From NCBI GenBank assembly GCA_046538155.1, contig JBKHJL010000011.1:1-26383 (forward strand): DNA of 26,383 nt, written 5' to 3'. This document shows, piece after piece, positions 1 through 7,539 of this stretch; within the stretch, counting starts at the first letter, position 1, and every line of letters begins with the position of its first letter. The notes beneath the pieces were generated by a model. The model had not been told where the DNA came from. It worked only from the letters and a program-made list of their open reading frames with translations, and made no database searches. Source of the DNA: Candidatus Micrarchaeia archaeon (lineage in GTDB: Archaea > Micrarchaeota > Micrarchaeia > Anstonellales > Bilamarchaeaceae). The translations under genes and the position numbers were made by a program.

Positions 1-33
1 CTCACCACAATCCGCAGTTCCCCCTTAAGCATT

Positions 34-687
34 TCATGGGCCCTTGCAAGCCACCATCAGTTCTTTAGATTCTAAAAAGTTTTTTTCAATGAGATCATTT
101 TTTGTATTATTGCCCCCATATAAATCCTCTAAAACGAAATAAAAATTATAGAATGCATTTATGTACCTAAATTTGCGAAATTCATTTTTTCCTTCTCGGA
201 GAAATGCATGGAGAACAATGAGTTCGTCATATTTGTTCAGGGACCCGATTTCTCGCTCCAATAGCTCATTATCCAATTTTTCCTCTATCTGGGGATATTC
301 CTTTTTTTGTTCTAACGAAAAAACTTTTGTCTTAGCTTTCTCCTCTTCGGTTTCAGGGATCCAACTAAGTTTGGGTTGATCCCATACTATACATCTCACT
401 CCATTATGAGTTAGTACCGCTTCTAACCTCTGAAATTCCAATGTTAATCTCTGATGGATTTCCGCATCTAAGTCCATCCGTATGCTATGCTTTACACGGC
501 CAGAAGGATTGCTCTTGATTTCTGAATAAAATTTTTCAGGGTCCTCCACAGGCATAGTTAGCTGTATCTTCCCAAGCTTGCCTTCTTCATTGGGATAAAA
601 GGTATATTCTATCCCATCATGATTGATACTGACCGTATCTGATAATAAGCTACTTGCTTCCACTTCACATTCCATAGAAAATTTCAT
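34..687 (-). CDS. MauJ/ApeA-like (HEPN-superfamily-like) hypothetical protein, possibly C-terminally truncated; cargo of the integrated element
   Basis: 217-aa ORF with an AGGT-type RBS upstream, visibly more AT-rich than the flanking host genes. The segment AFLREGKNEFRKFRYINAFYNFYFVLEDLYG resembles the helical motif of MauJ/ApeA-like proteins. No RxxxxH motif appears before the stop. Confidence 0.5.
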   Translation of the reverse strand: MKFSMECEVEASSLLSDTVSINHDGIEYTFYPNEEGKLGKIQLTMPVEDPEKFYSEIKSNPSGRVKHSIRMDLDAEIHQRLTLEFQRLEAVLTHNGVRCIVWDQPKLSWIPETEEEKAKTKVFSLEQKKEYPQIEEKLDNELLEREIGSLNKYDELIVLHAFLREGKNEFRKFRYINAFYNFYFVLEDLYGGNNTKNDLIEKNFLESKELMVACKGP

Positions 688-761
688 ATGCCTTACCTCA
701 CACTAGGGTGTAATTGCTTCAAACTTAATTTTAAACCTCCACTATGTGGAATAGTGTTCCA

Positions 762-1544
762 CTAAATCCGTTTCTGCATTCTTTTCACCTTTTCCAAAAC
801 TCCGTCTTTTTGCGTATTCCGTATGCTCCGGTAGAGCTCGTCCCTGTCGGTATGCACGTAAACCATCGTCGTTTGCAGGTTTGAGTGCCTGGCGAATTTT
901 GAAGTCAAAACCACATTTCCATTATTCTTTTTGGAGAACTGGGTTATTGCGAAGTGCCTCAAGCTATGCGTCGTAAGCCGTTTCAGTTCGCAGGCACGCT
1001 CCCCGTACCTGTACCCGTAAGTTTCTTCCAATCCCGCCTTTTTCACAACTTCAGCAAAATACTTTCGCACCGTGCCTGAGCAGATGTAGGTGGGGGTTGT
1101 GGGTTTTCTGTTCCGGGCTTCCAGGGAAAAGAACACGTGCCCCCCAGCGGAGGAAATCTCCTGCTCGTGCGCGGAAATGAACTCCAGAGTGGCTTCAAAC
1201 AAATGGTCTGGAATCAGCAAGTAATCTGTTTTTCCGCTCTTTTCCGTGAAAATCCGCAACTCCCGCGTTCGCAGGTTTATGTCCTTCACGTTTATGCGGA
1301 TTGCTTCGCCAATCCGCAGCCCCAAAGATGCCTGGTAGCTAAAAATCAAGCGGAATCGCTCATCATCCACAAAGCGGAAGAATCGCTCCAATTCCTCTTC
1401 CTCAAAGCCCTTGTTCATGCTTCCATACTTGGGCCTGCGCGAGCGCAGGAAACGCCTTTTGCGGGCTTCAGAAAGCACCGTAATTGCTTGTATCAGCTTC
1501 TGCTTGGGAAGGCAGGCTCCGAGCTGCTCCAGCTGGGCTTTCAT
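762..1544 (-). CDS. Tyrosine recombinase/site-specific integrase (start uncertain; frame stays open upstream to about 1991)
   Basis: Full catalytic set R (GLRIGE), K (EKSGK), HxxR (HSLRH), H (ARHSN), Y (TMVYVH). The first ATG is at 1544. The gene lies just downstream of tRNA-Ile. Confidence 0.92.
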   Translation of the reverse strand: MKAQLEQLGACLPKQKLIQAITVLSEARKRRFLRSRRPKYGSMNKGFEEEELERFFRFVDDERFRLIFSYQASLGLRIGEAIRINVKDINLRTRELRIFTEKSGKTDYLLIPDHLFEATLEFISAHEQEISSAGGHVFFSLEARNRKPTTPTYICSGTVRKYFAEVVKKAGLEETYGYRYGERACELKRLTTHSLRHFAITQFSKKNNGNVVLTSKFARHSNLQTTMVYVHTDRDELYRSIRNTQKDGVLEKVKRMQKRI

Positions 1545-1594
1545 AGTGGGCCAGTTGGCCCGGACTGCTTTTTTCAGGACGAGCAGCTCTGCGC

Positions 1595-1858
1595 TGTTTT
1601 CGGTTATGCGTTTCGCGTTTCCAGTAGTGGATTTCGCGTTTTGATGTGCAAAAATCGTTTTTGTTTGGGCCCTCAGGGTGTTTCCGGTTGTGCGTTTTGA
1701 GTTCTGAAGAGCTGGAACCTGCCTAAATGCGCTTTGCTCCGGGGCCCGCTCTTTATTGTTTTCGCTTTTTGCTCCCGTTTTTCCATTCTCCGAAACGCAG
1801 AACCCAGAACCCACAGAAGTGTTTTTACAAAACCCAAAACCCGAAACAGGAAACCTAG
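1595..1858. repeat. Degenerate heptamer-periodic repeat tract
   Basis: Units GCGTTTC GCGTTTC CAGTAGT GGATTTC GCGTTTT and GTGTTTC CGGTTGT GCGTTTT GAGTTCT. In the opposite orientation, AACGCAG AACCCAG AACCCAC and AACCCAA AACCCGA AACAGGA AACCTAG. Confidence 0.6.
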
Positions 1859-1867
1859 AAGAAGAAT

Positions 1868-1942
1868 TGGGCCCGATGAGATTTGAACTCACGACCTTTC
1901 GATTATCAGTCGAACGCTCCAACCAGACTGAGCTACGGGCCC
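1868..1942 (-). tRNA. tRNA-Ile(GAU)
   Basis: GGGCCCG acceptor stem, anticodon arm TTCGA-CT GAT AA-TCGAA, T-loop GTTCAAATC. No intron and no encoded CCA. Confidence 0.97.
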
Positions 1943-2063
1943 GGATGTTCAGGGATGCCCGCGCAAGGCGGAAAACACCCCAATTTTCCTTTTATAATGG
2001 GTTAAGATTTAAAAAGCAATCTTCTGCCAGCCCCGTGCGTCTGCCCTGCAGGCCCTGGAAACC

Positions 2064-2138
2064 TCATTTTGTAAGAAGGTATGCGGCAAGCAGCACAAGC
2101 GCAATCAGAACAGTGAAGAAGATTACTTCAACCATCAT
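2064..2138 (-). CDS. Putative 24-aa single-pass membrane microprotein (MMVEVIFFTVLIALVLLAAYLLTK)
   Basis: ATG..TGA ORF that is almost entirely one hydrophobic helix. A TATA-like ATATAAAA lies 25-32 nt upstream on the same strand. Confidence 0.5.
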   Translation of the reverse strand: MMVEVIFFTVLIALVLLAAYLLTK

Positions 2139-2242
2139 ATATTTTGTTTCCCGGCTTTTGCTTTTTATATGTTTGCACAGTGGAAACACACCCCCAAACC
2201 GCTTTTAAATCTCCTTTGCTAAATAAAAGCAGGTGGCTTTTC

Positions 2243-3343
2243 TTGAAAATTGCAGCAATAGGGGATACACATCTCGGATACCCAAGGTTCTACAAAGACA
2301 GCTTCACCCAGGCAAAAGCCGCCTTCAAAGACGCAGACCAGAGGGCAGACCTCATACTTTTTCTCGGGGATTTATATGATTCAAGGGTCCCTTCAATCCA
2401 GGTGCTGGGAGAAACAATCTCTATTTTCAGGGAGCTCAAAACCCCGGTGTATGCAATCCACGGAAACCACGAAAGAAGGAGCAGAGGGATGCTCAACCCG
2501 GTAGGGCTCATGGAAAGCGCGGGGCTGCTTAAGCACCTGCACATGGATTATGATGTTTTTGAAAAGGAGGGGGAAAAAGTATTCATTGCAGGAATGGGAA
2601 ACGTTCCGGATGATCTTGCAGGAAGGGCAATTGGAAAGATGGGCGAAAAAATATCTCCCCCAAAAGAAATGTTTTCCATCCTGATGCTCCACCAGTCCTT
2701 CAGGGAATTTGTATACGGAGAAAACCTCTCCTCAATCAACGCGCTGGAGCACCTGGGATATTCCCTTTACCTGAACGGGCACATCCATGCAAGAAAAGAA
2801 GAAGGAAACATCCTCATACCAGGGAGCACCGTGCTCACCCAGCTTACAAGGGAGGAAACAAAGCCCAAGGGATACGTGCTTTATGATACAAAGGAAAAAA
2901 CCCACGAGTTCATAGAGATCCCCTCCAGGGAGTTTATTCTGGAAGAGCTTGAATTTGAGAAGGCAACTCCTTCTGAAGTCCTGGAAAAAACAAAACAAAA
3001 GGCAGAATCAGTATTCCGCGCTTCACCCGAAGCAATATTAAAAATAAGGCTGAAAGGAACCCTGGGCCAGGGGTTCCGCTCAACCGACCTTTCCCTCCCA
3101 AGGGCCCAGAACCTGTATATAGACAACAGGACGGATGAAAAGCGGCTGAAGAGGGAAATACTGAAGCTGAGGGAGCTGAAGGAAAACAGGGTTTCTATAA
3201 AAGAAGTATCGGAGAAGAGGCTCAGGGAAAGGCTTGAAGGGAAAGTGAGCTTCTTTGACCCTCAGAAGCTGTTTGAGCATCTCCTGGAAGGCCCGGAAGC
3301 GGGAATGCAATATTTAAAAATGAAACGCCCCAAAAAGTTATAG
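2243..3343 (+). CDS. mre11: DNA double-strand break repair nuclease Mre11 (SbcD family metallophosphoesterase)
   Basis: Motifs GDTHLG, GDLYD, HGNHE, LHQ, NGHIH and PGS. TTG start at 2243 after an AGGTGG RBS. Confidence 0.88.
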   Translation: MKIAAIGDTHLGYPRFYKDSFTQAKAAFKDADQRADLILFLGDLYDSRVPSIQVLGETISIFRELKTPVYAIHGNHERRSRGMLNPVGLMESAGLLKHLHMDYDVFEKEGEKVFIAGMGNVPDDLAGRAIGKMGEKISPPKEMFSILMLHQSFREFVYGENLSSINALEHLGYSLYLNGHIHARKEEGNILIPGSTVLTQLTREETKPKGYVLYDTKEKTHEFIEIPSREFILEELEFEKATPSEVLEKTKQKAESVFRASPEAILKIRLKGTLGQGFRSTDLSLPRAQNLYIDNRTDEKRLKREILKLRELKENRVSIKEVSEKRLRERLEGKVSFFDPQKLFEHLLEGPEAGMQYLKMKRPKKL

Positions 3344-3356
3344 TAGGTTGGAATAT

Positions 3357-4070
3357 ATGAGTAGCTCCACCGACATATCCATCGTTGTCCCGACCCTCAA
3401 TGAAGAGGATTACCTGGAGGAGGCACTAACTTCGCTCAGGAACCAGTTTACCCCCAAGAATTATGAAATAATTGTTTCGGACGGCCACAGCACCGACCGC
3501 ACAGTGGAAATAGCAAAAGAATATGCAGACAAGGTGGTTTTTGAGAAAAAGCGCACCATCTCTGCAGGAAGGCAGGCCGGGGCAAAGGCCGCAGAAGGGA
3601 AGGTAATTGTTTCCGCGGGTGCGGATGTGTATGTGGATTCCCACTGGCTGGATACACTCACCAGGCCCATCCTGGACAAAACACATGCCGCTTCCATGGG
3701 CCCGGTCCTTCCAAGGGACGGAAACCACATAGAAAACATGTTCTCCCGCGGGATCCTTAAGCCGCTGGGATCTGCACTCTCCCGCCTTGATACCCATTTT
3801 GTTGCCGCAGACAACATGGCAATAGATGCAGAAGTTTTCCACAAGGCGGGCGGATTCAACCCCGACCTTGTAACAGGGGAGGACACCGACCTCATACGGA
3901 GGGTAAAGGCGCATGGCAGGGTAACATACCTTCCGAACGCCCATTCTTATGTGTCCATGCGCAGGGTGAGGGAATGGGGCTACTGGAAATACCTGAGATT
4001 CCACACAACCAATTTCTTCAAATACCATATACAAGGGGAAGCGCACAAGAAATACGAGCCCGTAAGGTAA
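3357..4070 (+). CDS. Glycosyltransferase family 2
   Basis: SIVVPTLNEE, IIVSDGHSTDRT, GGFN..GEDTDL and VSMRR motifs. Alternative TTG start at 3348. Confidence 0.92.
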   Translation: MSSSTDISIVVPTLNEEDYLEEALTSLRNQFTPKNYEIIVSDGHSTDRTVEIAKEYADKVVFEKKRTISAGRQAGAKAAEGKVIVSAGADVYVDSHWLDTLTRPILDKTHAASMGPVLPRDGNHIENMFSRGILKPLGSALSRLDTHFVAADNMAIDAEVFHKAGGFNPDLVTGEDTDLIRRVKAHGRVTYLPNAHSYVSMRRVREWGYWKYLRFHTTNFFKYHIQGEAHKKYEPVR

Positions 4071-4131
4071 CTGCAATATTCTTTCCCCAGAATTGTAAAC
4101 CATTATAATAGTTTATAACTTATCTTTCTCT

Positions 4132-5892
4132 GTGGACGTAGTGCTTACAGCAGACCTGCTGGATTTCTGGGTAATAATTTTTTTCTCTTTCCTTGGGGTG
4201 GCCCTGAGCGCGAAGCTCAGGCTTCCCAGTGTTATCGGCCTGCTTTTCTTCGGGGCAATAATAGGCCCGAATTTCCTGGGAATTATAACCGAAACTGATT
4301 TTATATCCCTGATTTCGGAGATAGGGGTAATTCTCCTCCTTTTTTACATAGGCATACACTTCAATCTTGATAGGATTTCAAGGTTCGGGCTCAGGGCAAC
4401 ATTTGTCCTTCTTGTAAAGTTTGCGATTCTTTTCCTCATTACCTACCTTGCAGGGATATTTCTGGGCTTCCAGCCCCTGGATGCCATGATACTGGGCGTA
4501 ATCCTCGCCTTTTCAAGCACAGCGATTTTTGCAAGGCTGGTTACCGATTCAGGGAGGGAGAAGAGGGTTGAGTCCAACCTGATGTCTGCGGTGCTCATAC
4601 TGGAGGATGTTGTTGCAGTATTTGCCCTTACCCTGCTTTCCCAGATGCAGGGCGACATCACACTTTCAGTAGGTCAGGTGTTGGTTTCGGTTCTTTTCTC
4701 CCTCCTAATCCTGTTCTGCTCTTACCTCATAATCCGCTGGCTAGTAATCCGCCTCTCAAAATGGATGGATGAAAAGAACCTGGAAGCCCAGCTGTTTTCT
4801 GCACTTTCCATGTGCGCCCTTCTCGCGCTTGTTGCAATGTCCTTTCACCTCTCCCCTTCCATAGGTGCATTCCTTGCAGGGAGCACTGTTGCCGCAATCC
4901 CCTCCTTCCGCAAAATAGAGACAACCCTTAAGCAGATGACGCTTCTTTTTGCAGCATTCTTCTTTTTCTCCATGGGAATGCTGGTGAACATGGAGTTCAT
5001 ACTGGGCGCAGTATGGACAGTGTTTTTCCTTGCAGCTCTAAATATGGCCCTGAAGTTCTTTTCAATTTCCTTTTCCACTTACATGACAGGGTTCAGCGGA
5101 AAGGCCTCTATTTCTGCAGGCATACTCATGCTCACCTCCAGTGAGTTTGGCCTGATTATTGCTTCTCAGACCGTGGGAACAACTTCTTTTGATTTTGTTT
5201 CGCTTTCCACCGCACTTATAGTGATAAGCGGGCTTGCTGCTTCAGTTCTCATGCCCAGGGAAAAGGGAATCGGGGTGTTGCTCGGCACAAAGTTCGGGCT
5301 GGACAGGAAGAAGAACCCCTTCCGCCACCTCTCTGCCTACATGAGCCATGTGCTGCACCATTTTGAGCCGAAAGGCCCGTTCTATAAGGCATTCCGAAGC
5401 CATGCCCGCTCTCTTGTTATAAATCTGGTTGTGCTTTTCCTTATTGATTCGCTCATGGTGGTAATCCGAAGCCATGTTGCGCTCTATTTTGGCCTTACCG
5501 GCTACATGGTGGGACCCTTTGATATTTTTGAGATTCTCGCATTTCTGTTCTCTGTTTATCCGCTCTACAACATATTCAGGATAATAAGCACCCTTGCAGG
5601 GAAGTTTGCCCATGCGTTCCATTTCGGCCCCGCGGCCCATGCAAACATCAGGAGCAAGATGATTGAGGACTTTTTCTTTTTCTCCCTTTTTATGGTGGTT
5701 GCGCTTTCCATTCCCTTTGCAGTGGGCCTGCTCGGGCTTCCGGCAATAATCCAGGAAGCATTCCTCCTCCCCCTGGCCGCAGCATTCCTTTTCCTCTGGG
5801 ACCTTGCAAGGCAGGCCACCAGGCTTCTTGCCCCGCATGAGGACAGGTACCACAAGCTGAAGGGGTACAAGGGAAAGAAGTCCAGCGGCTGA
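4132..5892 (+). CDS. Cation:proton antiporter (CPA2/KefB-like) with an extra C-terminal membrane region
   Basis: Many TM helices with motifs SEIGVILLLFYIG, AFSSTAI, LILEDV, IGAFLAG and SEFGLII. Confidence 0.9.
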   Translation: MDVVLTADLLDFWVIIFFSFLGVALSAKLRLPSVIGLLFFGAIIGPNFLGIITETDFISLISEIGVILLLFYIGIHFNLDRISRFGLRATFVLLVKFAILFLITYLAGIFLGFQPLDAMILGVILAFSSTAIFARLVTDSGREKRVESNLMSAVLILEDVVAVFALTLLSQMQGDITLSVGQVLVSVLFSLLILFCSYLIIRWLVIRLSKWMDEKNLEAQLFSALSMCALLALVAMSFHLSPSIGAFLAGSTVAAIPSFRKIETTLKQMTLLFAAFFFFSMGMLVNMEFILGAVWTVFFLAALNMALKFFSISFSTYMTGFSGKASISAGILMLTSSEFGLIIASQTVGTTSFDFVSLSTALIVISGLAASVLMPREKGIGVLLGTKFGLDRKKNPFRHLSAYMSHVLHHFEPKGPFYKAFRSHARSLVINLVVLFLIDSLMVVIRSHVALYFGLTGYMVGPFDIFEILAFLFSVYPLYNIFRIISTLAGKFAHAFHFGPAAHANIRSKMIEDFFFFSLFMVVALSIPFAVGLLGLPAIIQEAFLLPLAAAFLFLWDLARQATRLLAPHEDRYHKLKGYKGKKSSG

Positions 5893-5937
5893 AGCAATTA
5901 AAAGCTTCACTCTGCTTTCAATATATTGGTGAGTATT

Positions 5938-6234
5938 ATGGCAGAAACAGGAGAGAAAAGGGAAGACATCGTGTGTCAGAGCTGTGGGATGCCCATGGAG
6001 AAGGAAGAGGATTTTGGGACAAATTTGGACGGCAGCCCGAACAGGGAGTTTTGCACCCACTGCTACCAGAAGGGAGTATTCACTGAGCCAGATATTTCCA
6101 TGCGGGAGATGATTGAGCAGGTGGTCGGTTTCATGGTAAAGGAGGGGATGCCCAGGGAGGAGGCGGAAAAAGACGCCAGGGAAACAATCCCCCACCTGAA
6201 CCGCTGGAGAAAATTCGGCAATGAATACATCTAA
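5938..6234 (+). CDS. Putative zinc-ribbon domain protein
   Basis: CQSCGMPM...GTNLDGS...FCTHCYQKG...IPHLNRW signature. GGTGA RBS before ATG 5938. Confidence 0.88.
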   Translation: MAETGEKREDIVCQSCGMPMEKEEDFGTNLDGSPNREFCTHCYQKGVFTEPDISMREMIEQVVGFMVKEGMPREEAEKDARETIPHLNRWRKFGNEYI

Positions 6235-6245
6235 TTTAAGAAACC

Positions 6246-6253
6246 AAAAAAAA
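6246..6253 (-). terminator. Oligo-T terminator of tRNA-Leu
   Basis: T8 run on the minus strand about 9 nt after the tRNA 3' end. Confidence 0.55.
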
Positions 6254-6261
6254 GCAGTAGT

Positions 6262-6347
6262 TGCTGGGGGCAGGATTTGAACCTGCGCAAGCACTAAGCT
6301 ACAGGGTCCTAAGCCCTGCGCGTTTGGCCAGACTCCGCCACCCCAGC
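6262..6347 (-). tRNA. tRNA-Leu(UAG)
   Basis: GCTGGGG/CCCCAGC acceptor stem, CAGGG-CT TAG GA-CCCTG anticodon arm, long variable arm, GGTTCAAATCC T-arm. Confidence 0.97.
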
Positions 6348-6446
6348 ATGAGTGAAGCGAATGCAGGGGCATGCGTTGCCTTGGCAACTTGGCGGGTATT
6401 TGCGGAACGCAAATCTGACCGCCACCCCAGCATGAGTGAAGCGAAT
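6335..6446. repeat. 28-bp perfect direct repeat (tRNA-Leu 5' end plus leader) flanking a 56-bp palindrome-rich spacer
   Basis: CCGCCACCCCAGCATGAGTGAAGCGAAT at 6335-6362 and 6419-6446. The spacer contains GTTGCC-TT-GGCAAC and ATTTGCG-GAA-CGCAAAT. Confidence 0.93.
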
Positions 6447-6475
6447 TAGGTTAAGAAAAGAATAAAAAGAAGAGG

Positions 6476-7324
6476 CTATTTCTTTTTGGAGCCTTTCTTC
6501 TTTGTGGTTTTCCTGCCTGAAGGTTTTTTGGCTTTTGAGCCCCTGGTTTTCCCTGCTTTCTTTTTGGAGGCGGATTTTTTCCCGGCAGTTTTCTTTTTGG
6601 AGGGGGCATTTCCCCGACTCTTCTTTTTTGCAGGCTTTACAGGAACATCTTCTTCCACTATCCTGGACTCAAGTTTCTCCGCCTTCCCCAGCCTTTTCAG
6701 CCTCTTGTATGCAAGGTATGAATCTGCAACCAGCCAGACTACCGCAAGCAGGAGAAGGGCCACCAGCCACAGGATATGCTGCGGGGCAAGAATGCCCACG
6801 ATTATCCAAAGCAGCCCCACCCCAAGGAAAACAGCCTTCCCCATTTTATGGGTGCGGTTCCAGACCTTTTCGCTGCTCATAGTCCAGGGAGTCCTTATCC
6901 CGATAAACCAGTTGCGCTTTGCCTTTCCGCACAGTATTCCAAGGTATAGGAAGACTATTCCCAGTACGGGCAGGGTGGCCCTGGTAATATCAAAGGAGTA
7001 CCCCAGGTTCCAGGCAATTGACATCGCGTGTATGTAAGCAAAGAAGAATGCTATTATAAAGATAAAGCCTTCATAATGCTTCCTGAATTTCTCTATGTTT
7101 TTCCTGAGCGGGTCTATGTACGGAATCAGGTAGACGAATCCCAGCACAACAACCATGATTCCCGGCATCAAGAACAGCCCGATTTCCTTGTCCATATATC
7201 CATCCGGCTCTCCTTCCGCATTCCAGTGGGTAGCCATCTGGTCAGGAACAGCATCATAATAATAAGCGCTTATCCCTACTGAGCCAAGCAGAAAAAGAAG
7301 GATAGTCCAATGCATCCAGTTCAT
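6476..7324 (-). CDS. SdpI/DUF1648 family membrane protein with a Lys-rich C-terminal tail
   Basis: PDQMATHWNAEGEPDG (DUF1648) and RNWFIGIRTPWTMSSEKVWNRTH (SdpI) motifs. Confidence 0.9.
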   Translation of the reverse strand: MNWMHWTILLFLLGSVGISAYYYDAVPDQMATHWNAEGEPDGYMDKEIGLFLMPGIMVVVLGFVYLIPYIDPLRKNIEKFRKHYEGFIFIIAFFFAYIHAMSIAWNLGYSFDITRATLPVLGIVFLYLGILCGKAKRNWFIGIRTPWTMSSEKVWNRTHKMGKAVFLGVGLLWIIVGILAPQHILWLVALLLLAVVWLVADSYLAYKRLKRLGKAEKLESRIVEEDVPVKPAKKKSRGNAPSKKKTAGKKSASKKKAGKTRGSKAKKPSGRKTTKKKGSKKK

Positions 7325-7458
7325 AACATATTAACTCACTAATTTATTTAAACCATTGGCTTTTCCCCTCTTCTTCCGGACCCGGTACTCCAGCCTTTCC
7401 TTCCCGAAGTCATCATCCCCACTTTTCAGGTATTTTCCCCTCATTCCCCGGGGTACTG

Positions 7459-7500
7459 AAAACCCTAAACAGGAATCCAAAACCTGCACCGGAAACCCAC
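7459..7500. repeat. Copy of the heptamer-periodic intergenic repeat
   Basis: AACCCTA AACAGGA ATCCAA AACCTGC ACCGGA AACCCAC. It shares CACCGGAAACCCAC exactly with 20808-20821. Confidence 0.5.
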
Positions 7501-7539
7501 TTCCCCCGGGTTTTAAATCTTTGCTTACGATACCGCACC

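Larger units (their letters stand above)
1..1867 (-). mobile_element. Edge or remnant of an integrative element inserted at the 3' end of tRNA-Ile
   Basis: Integrase adjacent to the tRNA 3' end, followed by an AT-rich cargo gene. No full att duplication is visible in the window. Confidence 0.65.

Noticed and set aside
1545..1922. 126-aa N-terminal extension of the integrase from a TTG inside tRNA-Ile
   Set aside because: The start lies within the tRNA and the peptide is translated heptamer repeats (QNSKRTTGN/QNAKSTTGN). Kept only as a hypothesis in findings.
1756..2208. 150-aa + strand ORF
   Set aside because: Antisense to tRNA-Ile and the repeat tract, with no motif.
5242..6387. 381-aa minus-strand ORF
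   Set aside because: Shadow ORF overlapping tRNA-Leu and antisense to two well-supported genes.
6335..6446. Mini CRISPR array (28-bp repeats)
   Set aside because: Only two copies, the repeat is part of a tRNA, the spacer is 56 bp and palindromic, and no cas genes are present.
6261..6449. 62-aa ORF with repeated RHPSMSEAN
   Set aside because: Antisense translation of tRNA-Leu and the 28-bp DNA repeat.
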